The translations under genes and the position numbers were made by a program. From a virus, in the IMG/VR virus record IMGVR_UViG_3300044681_000098, positions 1 to 64,000 of that record: a stretch of DNA of 64,000 nt; one strand, given 5' to 3'. Numbering within the stretch: the first letter of the stretch is position 1; every line of letters begins with the position of its first letter. Shown piece after piece: positions 32,447 to 42,491 of the stretch. The notes under the pieces were generated by a model. It was not told where the DNA came from. It saw only the letters and a list, made by a program, of their open reading frames with translations, and did no database searches.

Positions 32447-33160
32447 TTAAAAAAAACTGTCTAGCCCTTGGACTCTTACTTTATTTTCCTTGGCGCAGAC
32501 TGGGCATTTGAAGTCCATAGTCTTTTCTAGTCTAGGCATGGTCTCAAAGAATCCCTGAACCTTTCTAAACTGATCTTGTGTCAAGTTTTCTAAGAACTCC
32601 ATCAATTCCTCTTTTGTGTATTCATCAGTATGATGGACTTCTTCACCAGCGTAGATTTTATCAATGCTCTTTGCTACGATGCTGAACACTGCCTCAGCGT
32701 CTTCTTCTGAGATAGATTGAAGATCTGATAGCAGTTCAATCGAAGGGTAGCGCATAATCACACCAACATCTTCAAATAGCCTGATGTTGTTTGTATGCCC
32801 TTCTGGCTTTTCTACCTGCAGCTTTGTTAAATCAATAGATACCTGCACCTTTGCCTTCTCATCCTCACAGGTATCACACTTGAGGATAAGATCCACGTTT
32901 TCTCCAACCGACTTCGCTCTTAATTGAGTAAATAGAAACTCAATATCGAACAAAGCCAGTTTATTTACATCGTAGTCACCCACGACGCAAGATTGAATGA
33001 CACCTTTTAGTGTATCAACCATAACTTGTTGGTCGTCGCTTTGCTGCGCTACCAGTAATGCTTTTTCTTCTTTGACCAAGAATGGTCTAAACTTAACAAC
33101 TGTGTCGGTCGACGGAATCTTGGTTGTATACGTAACAGTCTTTTGAATTGGTAAACCCAT
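32447..33160 (-). CDS. 26: Baseplate hub subunit / assembly chaperone gp26
   Basis: FRPFLVKEEK, FDIEFLFTQLRAKSVGE, CxxC pairs, ends GLDSFF. Confidence 0.88.
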   Translation of the reverse strand: MGLPIQKTVTYTTKIPSTDTVVKFRPFLVKEEKALLVAQQSDDQQVMVDTLKGVIQSCVVGDYDVNKLALFDIEFLFTQLRAKSVGENVDLILKCDTCEDEKAKVQVSIDLTKLQVEKPEGHTNNIRLFEDVGVIMRYPSIELLSDLQSISEEDAEAVFSIVAKSIDKIYAGEEVHHTDEYTKEELMEFLENLTQDQFRKVQGFFETMPRLEKTMDFKCPVCAKENKVRVQGLDSFF

Positions 33161-33164
33161 AGTA

Positions 33165-33581
33165 TTATTCTCCTCTTTGCAAATTCTTAATAACTTTATT
33201 CAAGTCAGATGTAGTCCCAACAAATAGATTGTTGTTGACTGTTTTTGGTGAAGACCCTTCGTCCTTCGTTGCCTCCAATTTTTGTTTCTGTTGGTGTAGA
33301 TCTAAAAGTTGTTGATTGATGTCAGCTAACTGTTTCATCAAATTACCAACAACCTCAAATGCTCTAGGGTGCTCACTTTGTTGCGCAACTGCTAGTGCTG
33401 ATTGAAGAGCAGCTTGACCATCTAGTATCAGTTGCCTTAAATTATTCCTACCGACATCAAAGTCGTCTTGAATAATCGAACCACTACCTTCGATGATCTC
33501 TCCATCGATAGTAACTATCTCAGTTTTTGTTTTTTGTGGAATCTCTTCAACTCCGAATGTTTTAGACAGTGAATCACTCAT
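33165..33581 (-). CDS. 16: Terminase small subunit gp16
   Basis: RNNLRQLI...SEHPRAFEVVGNLMK...NNNLFVGTTSDL. Confidence 0.85.
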   Translation of the reverse strand: MSDSLSKTFGVEEIPQKTKTEIVTIDGEIIEGSGSIIQDDFDVGRNNLRQLILDGQAALQSALAVAQQSEHPRAFEVVGNLMKQLADINQQLLDLHQQKQKLEATKDEGSSPKTVNNNLFVGTTSDLNKVIKNLQRGE

Positions 33582-33597
33582 AATATTTCATTCCTTA

Positions 33598-34431
33598 TTA
33601 ACCGAATAATCCTTTAGTCAAACCAGCCAACCCTGATCCACCACCACCGAGGAATGTCCCAACAGGATCGCTCTGGAATGAGTTGAATGTGTTTTGGAAT
33701 TGACTAAATGAACTTAAAAATTCTGATGGTGCACCAAACAAACTTGACTCCGTGAAGTAGTTTTGTAGGACGTTGCCGAAGTCGAATGCATTACCAAGAT
33801 CTAGAGCACCGAATGCATCATCTATACCTAGTTCTTCTGCTAACTGACCAGCAGCACCCTTCCCTCCTACGTTGGAGCGTTGAGCATTAGCATCAACACC
33901 AGCAAGTGGTTCTCTTCTCCAATATTTGTATTGAAGCGTGACTGTTAGTTTAGCGATATCTTTTGAGTTGTTGTCTAGGTTAATTGGAGCAACAACTTTA
34001 GGGTATGCTTGAAAGAGTTTGATAGCAAACGCAGCATCTTCCTCTTTATTGTAAACGTAGACAGTTACGTCTTGGGTGTAATCGTTATAATAGTTTTGGT
34101 ATCTTGCGGTGTCATTGAAAATAGATGATTGCCAAGTGTCGAAGTATTCTTTAACCTGATAATTCTTATCAACATACAACACAAGGTTCATTGGTTCGTA
34201 TGCTACCTCATACGGAGTTTCTCTAACCTCTCCGTATGTTCTAGCAGGGGTTGTTAGAATGTTCTTTCCAGGGATTGATGCGCTTTCGCAGAACAAACCA
34301 ACACGTCTTGCAATACTACCAGCAATTGGGTTGACTGATCCGATGGAAACGAAAAATCTATTCGTTACTGCCATCCCACCTTTTATTTCAGAGATGAAAT
34401 CTGATAATCCTACTTTGACTGCTTCTGTCAT
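33598..34431 (-). CDS. Tail tube-like / baseplate tail-tube initiator (gp54/gp19 fold)
   Basis: LFCESASIPG, PY, FDTWQ, AYPK, VTLQYKYW. Confidence 0.65.
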   Translation of the reverse strand: MTEAVKVGLSDFISEIKGGMAVTNRFFVSIGSVNPIAGSIARRVGLFCESASIPGKNILTTPARTYGEVRETPYEVAYEPMNLVLYVDKNYQVKEYFDTWQSSIFNDTARYQNYYNDYTQDVTVYVYNKEEDAAFAIKLFQAYPKVVAPINLDNNSKDIAKLTVTLQYKYWRREPLAGVDANAQRSNVGGKGAAGQLAEELGIDDAFGALDLGNAFDFGNVLQNYFTESSLFGAPSEFLSSFSQFQNTFNSFQSDPVGTFLGGGGSGLAGLTKGLFG

Positions 34432-35024
34432 CTGGATGCTTTCCTAGAGTCTGCCCAGACCTTGGAAGTGCTTGCTTTCTGGAATTGCTCAACAGGAAGC
34501 ATCATTGCCGTAGTCCAGTCGTTTACGTCAATCCTTCTGAATGAGGATTGCACATTTGAACTTAGATATTCTTTAACGCAAGGTTTCGCTAACTTCAGTC
34601 TAGAAGTGGCTTCAATAATAGCCCATGATAATCTCAATCTTGTAGTTTGATCCATTTTTTGATTGGTCATGTAACTCATAAGTCTGTCTAGCAACAACAC
34701 TCTTAGCGGATATGGTAAGTAGTGAAGATTTAATCCTAGAAAGCCATTTGGAGTTTTTCTAAACGGAAACACCAGTGGGAAGGCATCCCAATATGGTAGT
34801 TCGTCTTTCCACTTTGCGTCATAAATGAACATATAGAGGTGTCCAGGGGTTATCCTCTGCTTCACCTCTTGTGGGTTTCTGGTCAACAGTTGTTTTGGTG
34901 TTACTCGTTCTTTTCTTAGTAGCAGAATCTGTTGGGTGAACCAAGACCTCGACTTAGACCAAGCTGATCTGTCGTACTTATACTTGTCGAAGATTTCTCT
35001 AACTGTTTTGGTTTTTTCTTTCAT
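34428..35024 (-). CDS. 2: DNA end protector gp2
   Basis: YDAKWKDELPYWDAFPLV, GLNLHYLP, CVKEYL. Confidence 0.9.
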   Translation of the reverse strand: MKEKTKTVREIFDKYKYDRSAWSKSRSWFTQQILLLRKERVTPKQLLTRNPQEVKQRITPGHLYMFIYDAKWKDELPYWDAFPLVFPFRKTPNGFLGLNLHYLPYPLRVLLLDRLMSYMTNQKMDQTTRLRLSWAIIEATSRLKLAKPCVKEYLSSNVQSSFRRIDVNDWTTAMMLPVEQFQKASTSKVWADSRKASR

Positions 35025-35032
35025 GAGTATAT

Positions 35033-35473
35033 TTAGCCTTTCAAACCTAACTCATTTTCAGTCACTATCATAAATTTGTAGTTACGGTCAAGTGCCCATT
35101 TTCTTGCAGCCTCCCACTTGGCTTGGTTGACTAAGAAGGTGTAACTTTCCTTTAGGTATCTTTTTGTCTGCTTTCCTGGGTAATCAGGTGGTATTGTCTG
35201 CTTAGATGGTTTAATCTCAACTAAATATGTTTGGATTAGTCCATTTTTGTCTTTCACAGTGATTTTGAAGTCCACGAAGTATCGGTGTATGGTGTTTCTA
35301 ACTGGGCATCTGTATGGAATTACGGTTTCTTCAGAAGACCACTTTACTACGCTTGGATTGTGGTCACACCATATAGCAAACTGGGTCTCCCAACTTGAAC
35401 GCATTATGATGTTCGTTGGGTCGCCTTTGTACTTGTGTGGGTTTATAGGAACATATCGTCTTTTGTGGAACAT
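35033..35473 (-). CDS. 4: Head completion nuclease gp4
   Basis: NPHKYKGD, RSSWE, WSSEE, HRYFVDF, VEIKP, NQAKW. Confidence 0.93.
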   Translation of the reverse strand: MFHKRRYVPINPHKYKGDPTNIIMRSSWETQFAIWCDHNPSVVKWSSEETVIPYRCPVRNTIHRYFVDFKITVKDKNGLIQTYLVEIKPSKQTIPPDYPGKQTKRYLKESYTFLVNQAKWEAARKWALDRNYKFMIVTENELGLKG

Positions 35474-35514
35474 AAATAATTCTGTTGAATATGGACAGTC
35501 TTCAACTATTTATA
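35471..35514. promoter_or_regulatory. Face-to-face late promoters for the two structural operons
   Basis: CATAAATA (+, 35471-35478) and TATAAATA (-, 35514-35507). Confidence 0.75.
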
Positions 35515-35530
35515 GAGAGAAACATAACAA

Positions 35531-36580
35531 ATGGCAACCGCATTCAAATCGTCAACGCCGACTCCAGGTAATACTGTTGGCGTTGCAAGCGAAGCATCTG
35601 GGTATAAGTTAAACGACTTAACGTACCCAGAAGACTTATTTGGAACACTAGATTATGGTGGCAACTATGTTGTATTCTTTATCAATGTCTCCGAGGATTC
35701 AACTTTGTTGTCTAGTGGTGCATCGACTGCCTATAAAGGTGATGTGCCTCCTCGCCTTCGTGGTCAGGGTATTGCAGCAGCCGCAGATAAAAACGTCGTG
35801 ACTGGTATAGCTACAGTTCTTGGTGCTACTGCTGGAACAGCATTAGGTAGTGGACCACTTGGTGCTGTTATTGCTGGTGGTGGAACTGCAGCAGTACCTA
35901 CACCAGCTGGTGGTAAGTTAACAAGACCACAGAAAAGATTAGATACTGCTATTGCTTTATATATGCCTAACCAGTTGAATATTAGATATGGTGTTCAGTA
36001 TGAAGAAGAAACTATGATGGTGTTGGCTGCAGCAGGTAAGGTTTCTGAGATTGTGAACAACGCAATCGGCGATGGTAACTTTGATGCAAAATCGGCAGGA
36101 AGTGCTGCTAGAAACTTCATAGCAAACCAAGCAATAAGTAAAGATGTTCCAGGTGCAGCTGCTGCAGCCTTTGGCGCAGGTGTTGCTGCAAACCCAAAGA
36201 AAGAACAAGTTTTCAAGGGTGTTGATTTTAGATCATTTCAGTTTAACTACCAGTTCTTCCCAAGAAGCGAAACAGAAGCAAGGAAGGTTCTAGACATAAT
36301 TCAAACATTCAAACTTCACATGCACCCAGAACTGAAGGGTGATGATGGCTTCTTATACATCTACCCATCAGAGTTTGATATTATGTATTTTAACGGTGGC
36401 AGTCAAAACGGAGCAGTCCATAAGCACACATCTTGTGTATTGAAAGAGATGAACGTGAACTATTCTCCACAAGGGCAGTTCAATGCTTTCAAAAACGGCA
36501 TGCCAGTTCAAATTAACATAGATATGACTTTCTTAGAACTTGGATTGCTTACCAAGAAAGAAATTCAAGAGGGGTTATAA
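35531..36580 (+). CDS. 48: Baseplate tail-tube cap gp48
   Basis: IALYMP, NPKKEQVFKGVDFRSFQF, FKLHMHP, YPSEFDI, F.EL. Confidence 0.88.
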   Translation: MATAFKSSTPTPGNTVGVASEASGYKLNDLTYPEDLFGTLDYGGNYVVFFINVSEDSTLLSSGASTAYKGDVPPRLRGQGIAAAADKNVVTGIATVLGATAGTALGSGPLGAVIAGGGTAAVPTPAGGKLTRPQKRLDTAIALYMPNQLNIRYGVQYEEETMMVLAAAGKVSEIVNNAIGDGNFDAKSAGSAARNFIANQAISKDVPGAAAAAFGAGVAANPKKEQVFKGVDFRSFQFNYQFFPRSETEARKVLDIIQTFKLHMHPELKGDDGFLYIYPSEFDIMYFNGGSQNGAVHKHTSCVLKEMNVNYSPQGQFNAFKNGMPVQINIDMTFLELGLLTKKEIQEGL

Positions 36581-37077
36581 TGGCATACTTTTCAAAATTC
36601 CCATCAATCTATTACGACTTCAATTACGGTAAGAATGATACCAGACTACAAGTATTACGAGACATCACAATAAATGTTAGGCTACAGAAAGATGTTCTTA
36701 CCAATGTTGTTGCTTATGATTGGTACGACATAAAAGATGGAGAGACACCTGAGATTCTAGCACACAAGTGGTATGGTCATGCGGAATATCATTGGATCAT
36801 TATGATCGCAAATGAGAAGTATGATTACATCGCAGACTTCCCAATGGATGTTGTGTCATTAGAAAAATACATTGACGACAAATACGGAGTAACTAAAGAT
36901 GATGTTCACCATTATCTAGACTCTAATGGTTACATTGTCGATCCATTCTCGAATGGAACACCTGTTAGTAACTACCAATATGAATTTGATCTGAACGATA
37001 AAAAACGTAGAGTTAAAATGATTAGACCTGAGTATATTAATACTATCGTCACGACTCTTGATAAACTGGTTTCCTAA
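36580..37077 (+). CDS. 53: Baseplate wedge gp53
   Basis: YFSKFP, DGETPEILAHKWYG...HWII, YEFDLNDKKR. Confidence 0.9.
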   Translation: MAYFSKFPSIYYDFNYGKNDTRLQVLRDITINVRLQKDVLTNVVAYDWYDIKDGETPEILAHKWYGHAEYHWIIMIANEKYDYIADFPMDVVSLEKYIDDKYGVTKDDVHHYLDSNGYIVDPFSNGTPVSNYQYEFDLNDKKRRVKMIRPEYINTIVTTLDKLVS

Positions 37078-37088
37078 GGTAATATTTA

Positions 37089-38405
37089 ATGGCTGAGATT
37101 AATACAACTGATGTTTCTCCAAATAAGTTAAGATTTGGTGGCGACGTCAACATCAGTGATGCTACTATCCTTAGCAAGAATGCATCATTGAATGTGGCGA
37201 ACATGATCAAACGTATTGAGTTGTTTGAGGATGTATATTCACCATTCATTACTGGTTCTATTGTCATCCAAGATTCTTTGGATATGCTTAACTACTTCCC
37301 ATTTGTTGGTGAAGAGTATATCCGTCTGAAAATATTTACCCCAACATTTGACTCAGACCCAAAGAGGACTATTGATGATACCTTTTACATATATAAAATG
37401 ACAGACCACACAATCAGTGGTGACAATCAAATTGTTTATGCTTTACACTTTATAAACATTGATGTTATTAAAGATGTTAACACTAAACTTAGTATCCCAC
37501 TTGAGGGTAGCTGTAGCGATATTGTTAAAAATTTGCTAACAAGCGAATATGGTCTAAAGAGTTCAAAGCAAATTGCTACTTGGGAACAGACAAACAATAA
37601 TATTAAATTTATTGCTTGCAACTGGAACCCTGTTAAGGCGATCAATTTTGTTTGTAAAAACTCACAGAGTGGTCCAAGATCGGACTTCGTGTTCTTTGAG
37701 AATAGGTATGGTTATAATTTTTCTACGATAGGTAACCTAATCTCTTCTCAATCACAACCATTTCAAGAGTTCACTGTTGCGAAACAAGTTAGGGATCAGA
37801 ACGCAGGTGCTTCTGTGAAAAATCCAGAACTTGATTATAAGAAAACTATTGATTACAAACTACCAGTCGGTTTTGATTACATCGACAGAATCACTAGTGG
37901 TTCCATTGCTTCAAAACTAATAACTTATGATTATGTTACCAAGAAGTATACTAATCTCTCTTGGTCAACCCCAGAAAATTATGATAAGTTTCCACACTTG
38001 AATGAATTCAAACCATTTAGTTCTTCGCTAGCATTTAATACTAGTGGCACTCAAATGCTTGATGCCAAACACTATGGAATCTTTAACGGATATGGTGATA
38101 TATCCAATACTAAAAATATGCAAGCACGAGTTGCTATGATGAAGTTGTATGAATACTTTAAGGTTGAGTTAACAGTTAGGGGAAGAACAGATTATACGGT
38201 TGGTATGAGAGTTAACTTAAAAGTTCCTGCACGTGAACCAGTAAGGTCTGATACCCCACCGCAGGACTCTATTGATAAAATGTTCTCTGGTGATTATTTG
38301 GTCACTGCTTTGAATCACATTATTACTCCAGAATCACATGAGTGTGTTATGGAAGTCGTTAAGGATTCGTTAATATTTAATTTGGATGGGATGAGACAAC
38401 AATGA
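37089..38405 (+). CDS. Baseplate hub protein (gp27-like)
   Basis: FEDVYSPFITG, FVFFEN, SGDYLVTALNH; position between 53 and 5. Confidence 0.6.
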   Translation: MAEINTTDVSPNKLRFGGDVNISDATILSKNASLNVANMIKRIELFEDVYSPFITGSIVIQDSLDMLNYFPFVGEEYIRLKIFTPTFDSDPKRTIDDTFYIYKMTDHTISGDNQIVYALHFINIDVIKDVNTKLSIPLEGSCSDIVKNLLTSEYGLKSSKQIATWEQTNNNIKFIACNWNPVKAINFVCKNSQSGPRSDFVFFENRYGYNFSTIGNLISSQSQPFQEFTVAKQVRDQNAGASVKNPELDYKKTIDYKLPVGFDYIDRITSGSIASKLITYDYVTKKYTNLSWSTPENYDKFPHLNEFKPFSSSLAFNTSGTQMLDAKHYGIFNGYGDISNTKNMQARVAMMKLYEYFKVELTVRGRTDYTVGMRVNLKVPAREPVRSDTPPQDSIDKMFSGDYLVTALNHIITPESHECVMEVVKDSLIFNLDGMRQQ

Positions 38406-41092
38406 GACTTTATGTTGGTGTAGTTGAAAATAGATTAGATCCGCTCAAACTTGGTAGATGCCAAGTTAGGGTTGTTGGTATTCACGACCCAAGAAAGGCA
38501 GTATTGCCTACTGACCAATTGCCATGGGCTATGCCGATGCAGCCTTTGGTTTCTGCTGGTATAAGCGGAATTGGTCACGCACCTGTCGGTCCAGTTGAAG
38601 GAACAACAGTCATTTGTGCGTTTCAGGATGAAGATACACAGTTTCCTATTATCCTTGGTTCGCTTGGTGGTATTCCTCAGAAGGAAGGTAAAATTGAAGA
38701 GGATCTTGGTACTCTCAGCACAGGAACACCGAACACAACTACCACTTACGACAGTTCAGGTAATATCATCCAAAGTGGAACACCTTCTGATGCCCCTGTT
38801 AAAGAAGAACCACCAGCTAAAGATCAGGTAGTTGATCCAAACCAAACACCTGGTCTTGGAAAGCCAGGAAATCAATACACAACTATCTCAAGTGCTGCTA
38901 TTGAACTAATTAAAAAGGGTGAAGGTCTTGCTAAGAAGATTGGTAACAATCAGGTTCAAGCATATCCAGATCCAGGTACAGGTGGTAAACCTTGGACTAT
39001 TGGCTACGGTACTACGAGAATTAACGGTCAAGAGGTTCAGCCTGGACAAGTTATTACTATCGCTGAAGCAGAAAGAATTTTCACTGAACAAGTAAAGTCT
39101 GTCTACTTACCAGCAGTCACAAGCAGAGTACGTGGTGTTGTGACCCAAAGTATGATCGATGCTATGGTTTCATTGACATATAATATTGGTGCTGGTAACT
39201 TCGCAAAGTCAAGTGTTCTACGAGAAGTGAATGCAGGAAACTATGAAGCTGCAGCTAACGCATTTTCTTCTTGGAATAAAGCAGCAGGAAAGGTTTTAGC
39301 TGGATTGACAAAAAGACGAGATGAAGAAGCACGTCTATTCTTAAAAGATGGCATTCCAGGGAAGGGTAAAGCAGTACAGACGCAGGATGATAGACCACCA
39401 GTAGACTCACCGACACAAAGTGGTGCTCCGTCAACTGGTACAGGTTCTGGTGCAAATACAACCAGCAACCCTTCTAGTGAATTTGGATTTAGAGACCCCA
39501 ACAACAAATACCCACTATACACTAATGAGCCAGATACCAATAGATTGGCTAGACATGAGACTATTGAAAACACAGTAGTATATTCTAAGGAAGCAGCAAG
39601 GGTTAAGGGTGTCGAAACTGCTAGGGGTAAAACATGGGATCAATCTCCTGTTCCTTACAACGCAGAGTATCCTTGGAATAAGACTTTTGAATCCGAGAGT
39701 GGGCATATCATGGAGTTTGATGATACGCCTGAAGCAGAGCGTGTTCATCTATATCACAAGAAGGGAACTTTCTTTGAGATCGACCACAACGGAACTAGAG
39801 TAACTAGAGTTGTTGGTGACGACTATTTGATTCTCGAACGAAACGGAAAGATTGCAGTTTTTGGTAACGTAGATGTTACCGTTGAGGGTGCGCTAAACGT
39901 ATTAGTTCAAAACTCTGCTAATGTTGATATTAGCGGAAGCATGAATATCAATGTTTACAATGATGCAAACATTAACGTAGCAGGTGACGCAAAGTTACGT
40001 GCAGCAGGCAACCTCGACATAAAGGCAGATAACATTCACATAGAATCTGAAGGTGACTTCTTTGTTAAATCAGGTGGGTTGGTCAATATTGAATCTAGTG
40101 ATGGTATGAACTTAAAGTCTGGTGCCTATTTAGGTGCGCTTTCTTCAGGAAACATGTATCACAAAACCAGTGGGGCATACTATGCCACTTCAGGTGCTGG
40201 CATGGATTTGAAAGCAGGTGGTTTGTTTAGAGCAGATTACTCTAAGGGTAACTTCGGTATGGGTGCTTCCTCAGCACCTAGTGCTAATGGATCTGAGTCA
40301 GCGTCAGATCTTGGTTCTATTGGTAAGCGTGAAACAACTGAACCAGAAATTTCTGAACTCAAAGTTAACAGCAGACAAGAAAGAGCTGCTAAACGATATG
40401 AGACTGAAGACGATGAGGGTGGCGACAGAGAAGAGTTTATTAAAGAGCAAACTAGAAGTGGTGCCATCGATCCTACCGAACAAGGTAAACCAAACCCAGC
40501 AGCTACTCCTGCTGAAGAATCTACACCTAAAGCAAACCAAATTCAACCTAAGGGTGCTAAGTGTGATATGATTTATGGTATGACTACATTCCCACGTGAT
40601 ATGAAACTGTCTAAGTATTTCACTGTCAATGACATGACTAAAGGATTCACACGACCTATCGCTGATTGTAACGGAAAGTCTGCGCAGGAGATTGCGTGTA
40701 ACCTTAAAGGTGTTTGCGAAAACGTCATGGATGTCATCAAAGCGAAATATCCAGGTCTTACCATTACAAGCGCATTTAGAAGACCAGGAGATATTAGCGT
40801 CGGCGCATTAGAGAAGTCGCAGCACACAGCTGGTCAGGCTGTTGATTTTGCTATTGCTGGATTTAGTAGAAAACAACACTTTGAGGCAGTTCAGTGGATT
40901 CAACAAGCAGTTCCATACGACCAACTTATCTTAGAGTATGATGCTAAGTCTACTGTTTGGATTCACGTTAGTTACACGTATGGTCAACTACGTAGAATGC
41001 ACTTCACAATGTATCACCATGTTAGAACTGGTAAGATGGGGCAGTTTATTTACATCCCAGAAGGTTCTACTGATATTCCTCCGAGGGTCTAA
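38402..41092 (+). CDS. 5: Baseplate hub / spike gp5 with GH24 lysozyme and C-terminal peptidase M15 domain
   Basis: OB fold (DPLKLGRCQVRV), lysozyme (EG...YPDP...WTIGYG), ESGHIMEFDDT, beta-helix repeats, TSAFR...SQH...AVD...WIHVSY. Confidence 0.9.
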   Translation: MRLYVGVVENRLDPLKLGRCQVRVVGIHDPRKAVLPTDQLPWAMPMQPLVSAGISGIGHAPVGPVEGTTVICAFQDEDTQFPIILGSLGGIPQKEGKIEEDLGTLSTGTPNTTTTYDSSGNIIQSGTPSDAPVKEEPPAKDQVVDPNQTPGLGKPGNQYTTISSAAIELIKKGEGLAKKIGNNQVQAYPDPGTGGKPWTIGYGTTRINGQEVQPGQVITIAEAERIFTEQVKSVYLPAVTSRVRGVVTQSMIDAMVSLTYNIGAGNFAKSSVLREVNAGNYEAAANAFSSWNKAAGKVLAGLTKRRDEEARLFLKDGIPGKGKAVQTQDDRPPVDSPTQSGAPSTGTGSGANTTSNPSSEFGFRDPNNKYPLYTNEPDTNRLARHETIENTVVYSKEAARVKGVETARGKTWDQSPVPYNAEYPWNKTFESESGHIMEFDDTPEAERVHLYHKKGTFFEIDHNGTRVTRVVGDDYLILERNGKIAVFGNVDVTVEGALNVLVQNSANVDISGSMNINVYNDANINVAGDAKLRAAGNLDIKADNIHIESEGDFFVKSGGLVNIESSDGMNLKSGAYLGALSSGNMYHKTSGAYYATSGAGMDLKAGGLFRADYSKGNFGMGASSAPSANGSESASDLGSIGKRETTEPEISELKVNSRQERAAKRYETEDDEGGDREEFIKEQTRSGAIDPTEQGKPNPAATPAEESTPKANQIQPKGAKCDMIYGMTTFPRDMKLSKYFTVNDMTKGFTRPIADCNGKSAQEIACNLKGVCENVMDVIKAKYPGLTITSAFRRPGDISVGALEKSQHTAGQAVDFAIAGFSRKQHFEAVQWIQQAVPYDQLILEYDAKSTVWIHVSYTYGQLRRMHFTMYHHVRTGKMGQFIYIPEGSTDIPPRV

Positions 41093-41094
41093 TT

Positions 41095-41787
41095 ATGGGT
41101 ATTGTGAAGGCTACAATAACATATGATGACAGTTACCCAACTGGTAATCCTGAATACTTTTATGGACCATTGGGGCAAGATCCATCTGCAGGCGCATCCC
41201 CTAGACTGTTGTCAGTTTATGAGATTCTTGATACTTGGAAAGTCACTATTCTGTATACGTATTGGGAAACTTTGTTGCAAGAGATTGAGAAACCAGATGT
41301 CCCAACAGACATCATTAGTGTTACTTCTAGTTTAGACGCACAAGGTGTGAAGTTTGAGATAGACAATACTGGAGTTAGGGGTGTTCTTACAATTAGTGGG
41401 ACTTACTCTGGTATCTTTGAGCAGAGACAATACGATCTTAGGATGGTTAATGATTCACTATTGATTGACGCTGATTTGGAAACTGTTGGTGATGATTATT
41501 ATGCTCCATTTAACTACATACCAGACCTAAGAATTTGGTTAGAACAGGACATAACAGTTAAGGTTAAGGTTGACGATCCACTCACTGGCGAGGAAACATT
41601 TGATTGGAATATTAAACAAACCGTCCTAAATAATTGGGAAGCTAACAGAAAACGACTAATTCAGATTAGGGATAACCTAAACCGAGAAGAAGAAAAAGAA
41701 GCTAACAGATATCAAGCCACTGCTCTATCGGATGAAACTATTCTCCCTGATGCTGATGGTGTGACTCCAGTAACTAAGTTGAGGTAA
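41095..41787 (+). CDS. Hypothetical baseplate-associated protein
   Basis: Between gp5 and PAAR. Confidence 0.65.
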   Translation: MGIVKATITYDDSYPTGNPEYFYGPLGQDPSAGASPRLLSVYEILDTWKVTILYTYWETLLQEIEKPDVPTDIISVTSSLDAQGVKFEIDNTGVRGVLTISGTYSGIFEQRQYDLRMVNDSLLIDADLETVGDDYYAPFNYIPDLRIWLEQDITVKVKVDDPLTGEETFDWNIKQTVLNNWEANRKRLIQIRDNLNREEEKEANRYQATALSDETILPDADGVTPVTKLR

Positions 41788-41789
41788 AA

Positions 41790-42083
41790 ATGCCAGCAAT
41801 TGCTTTACAAGGTGGTAGATCTACAGGGCACGGATGTTTCCCACCAAAGAGTGCTCTTGGACCATATACGACAAAAACCTATGTCAATGGCGTTCCTTGT
41901 CAGCGCATAGGAACTGCTTATGGACCAGTACACAATTGTGGTAAGTCTGTTCATGGGATGGGTGGTGTCGTATCAGGTTCTTCTAAGAATTTGATGGAAG
42001 GTTCTCCAGTCGTTAGAATCGGCGATAAGATCGCTTGTGGCGATATGGTCGCCAAAGGATCTTCCAACACGTTTTTCGCATAA
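41790..42083 (+). CDS. PAAR spike-tip protein (gp5.4-like)
   Basis: GHGCFPP, HNCGKSVH, RIGDKIACG. Confidence 0.88.
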   Translation: MPAIALQGGRSTGHGCFPPKSALGPYTTKTYVNGVPCQRIGTAYGPVHNCGKSVHGMGGVVSGSSKNLMEGSPVVRIGDKIACGDMVAKGSSNTFFA

Positions 42084-42098
42084 GGTAATAAATAAAAG

Positions 42099-42491
42099 AT
42101 GGCTACTGCAACTAAGATTTTCACCGATTTGGATTTGTCGTTCATACCACATCCATTGACAGGGGATATCGTAAAACGAACTAACGAGAATGCAGTAAAG
42201 GCATCACTAAGAAATTTATTGCAGACGAATAACTACGAGAGAAGGTTTCATCCTGAAATCGGAACTCCATTAAGACAATTACTATTTAAGAACGCAGACC
42301 CTTTAACTAGAGCGATGGTTGAGAGGGCTATTACAGATACCGTAAGAAATTACGAACCAAGAGTTACCCTCACGGCAGTTGATGTCAATTTCTCCCCAGA
42401 CAATAATTCGATTATGATTAGGGTCGAATTTAAGATCTTGAATACGTCAACAATCCAGAGACTCAATTTAACTTTAGAGAGAACACGATAA
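42099..42491 (+). CDS. 25: Baseplate wedge gp25
   Basis: DLDLSF, AVKASLRNLL, ERRFHPEIG, YEPRV. Confidence 0.93.
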   Translation: MATATKIFTDLDLSFIPHPLTGDIVKRTNENAVKASLRNLLQTNNYERRFHPEIGTPLRQLLFKNADPLTRAMVERAITDTVRNYEPRVTLTAVDVNFSPDNNSIMIRVEFKILNTSTIQRLNLTLERTR

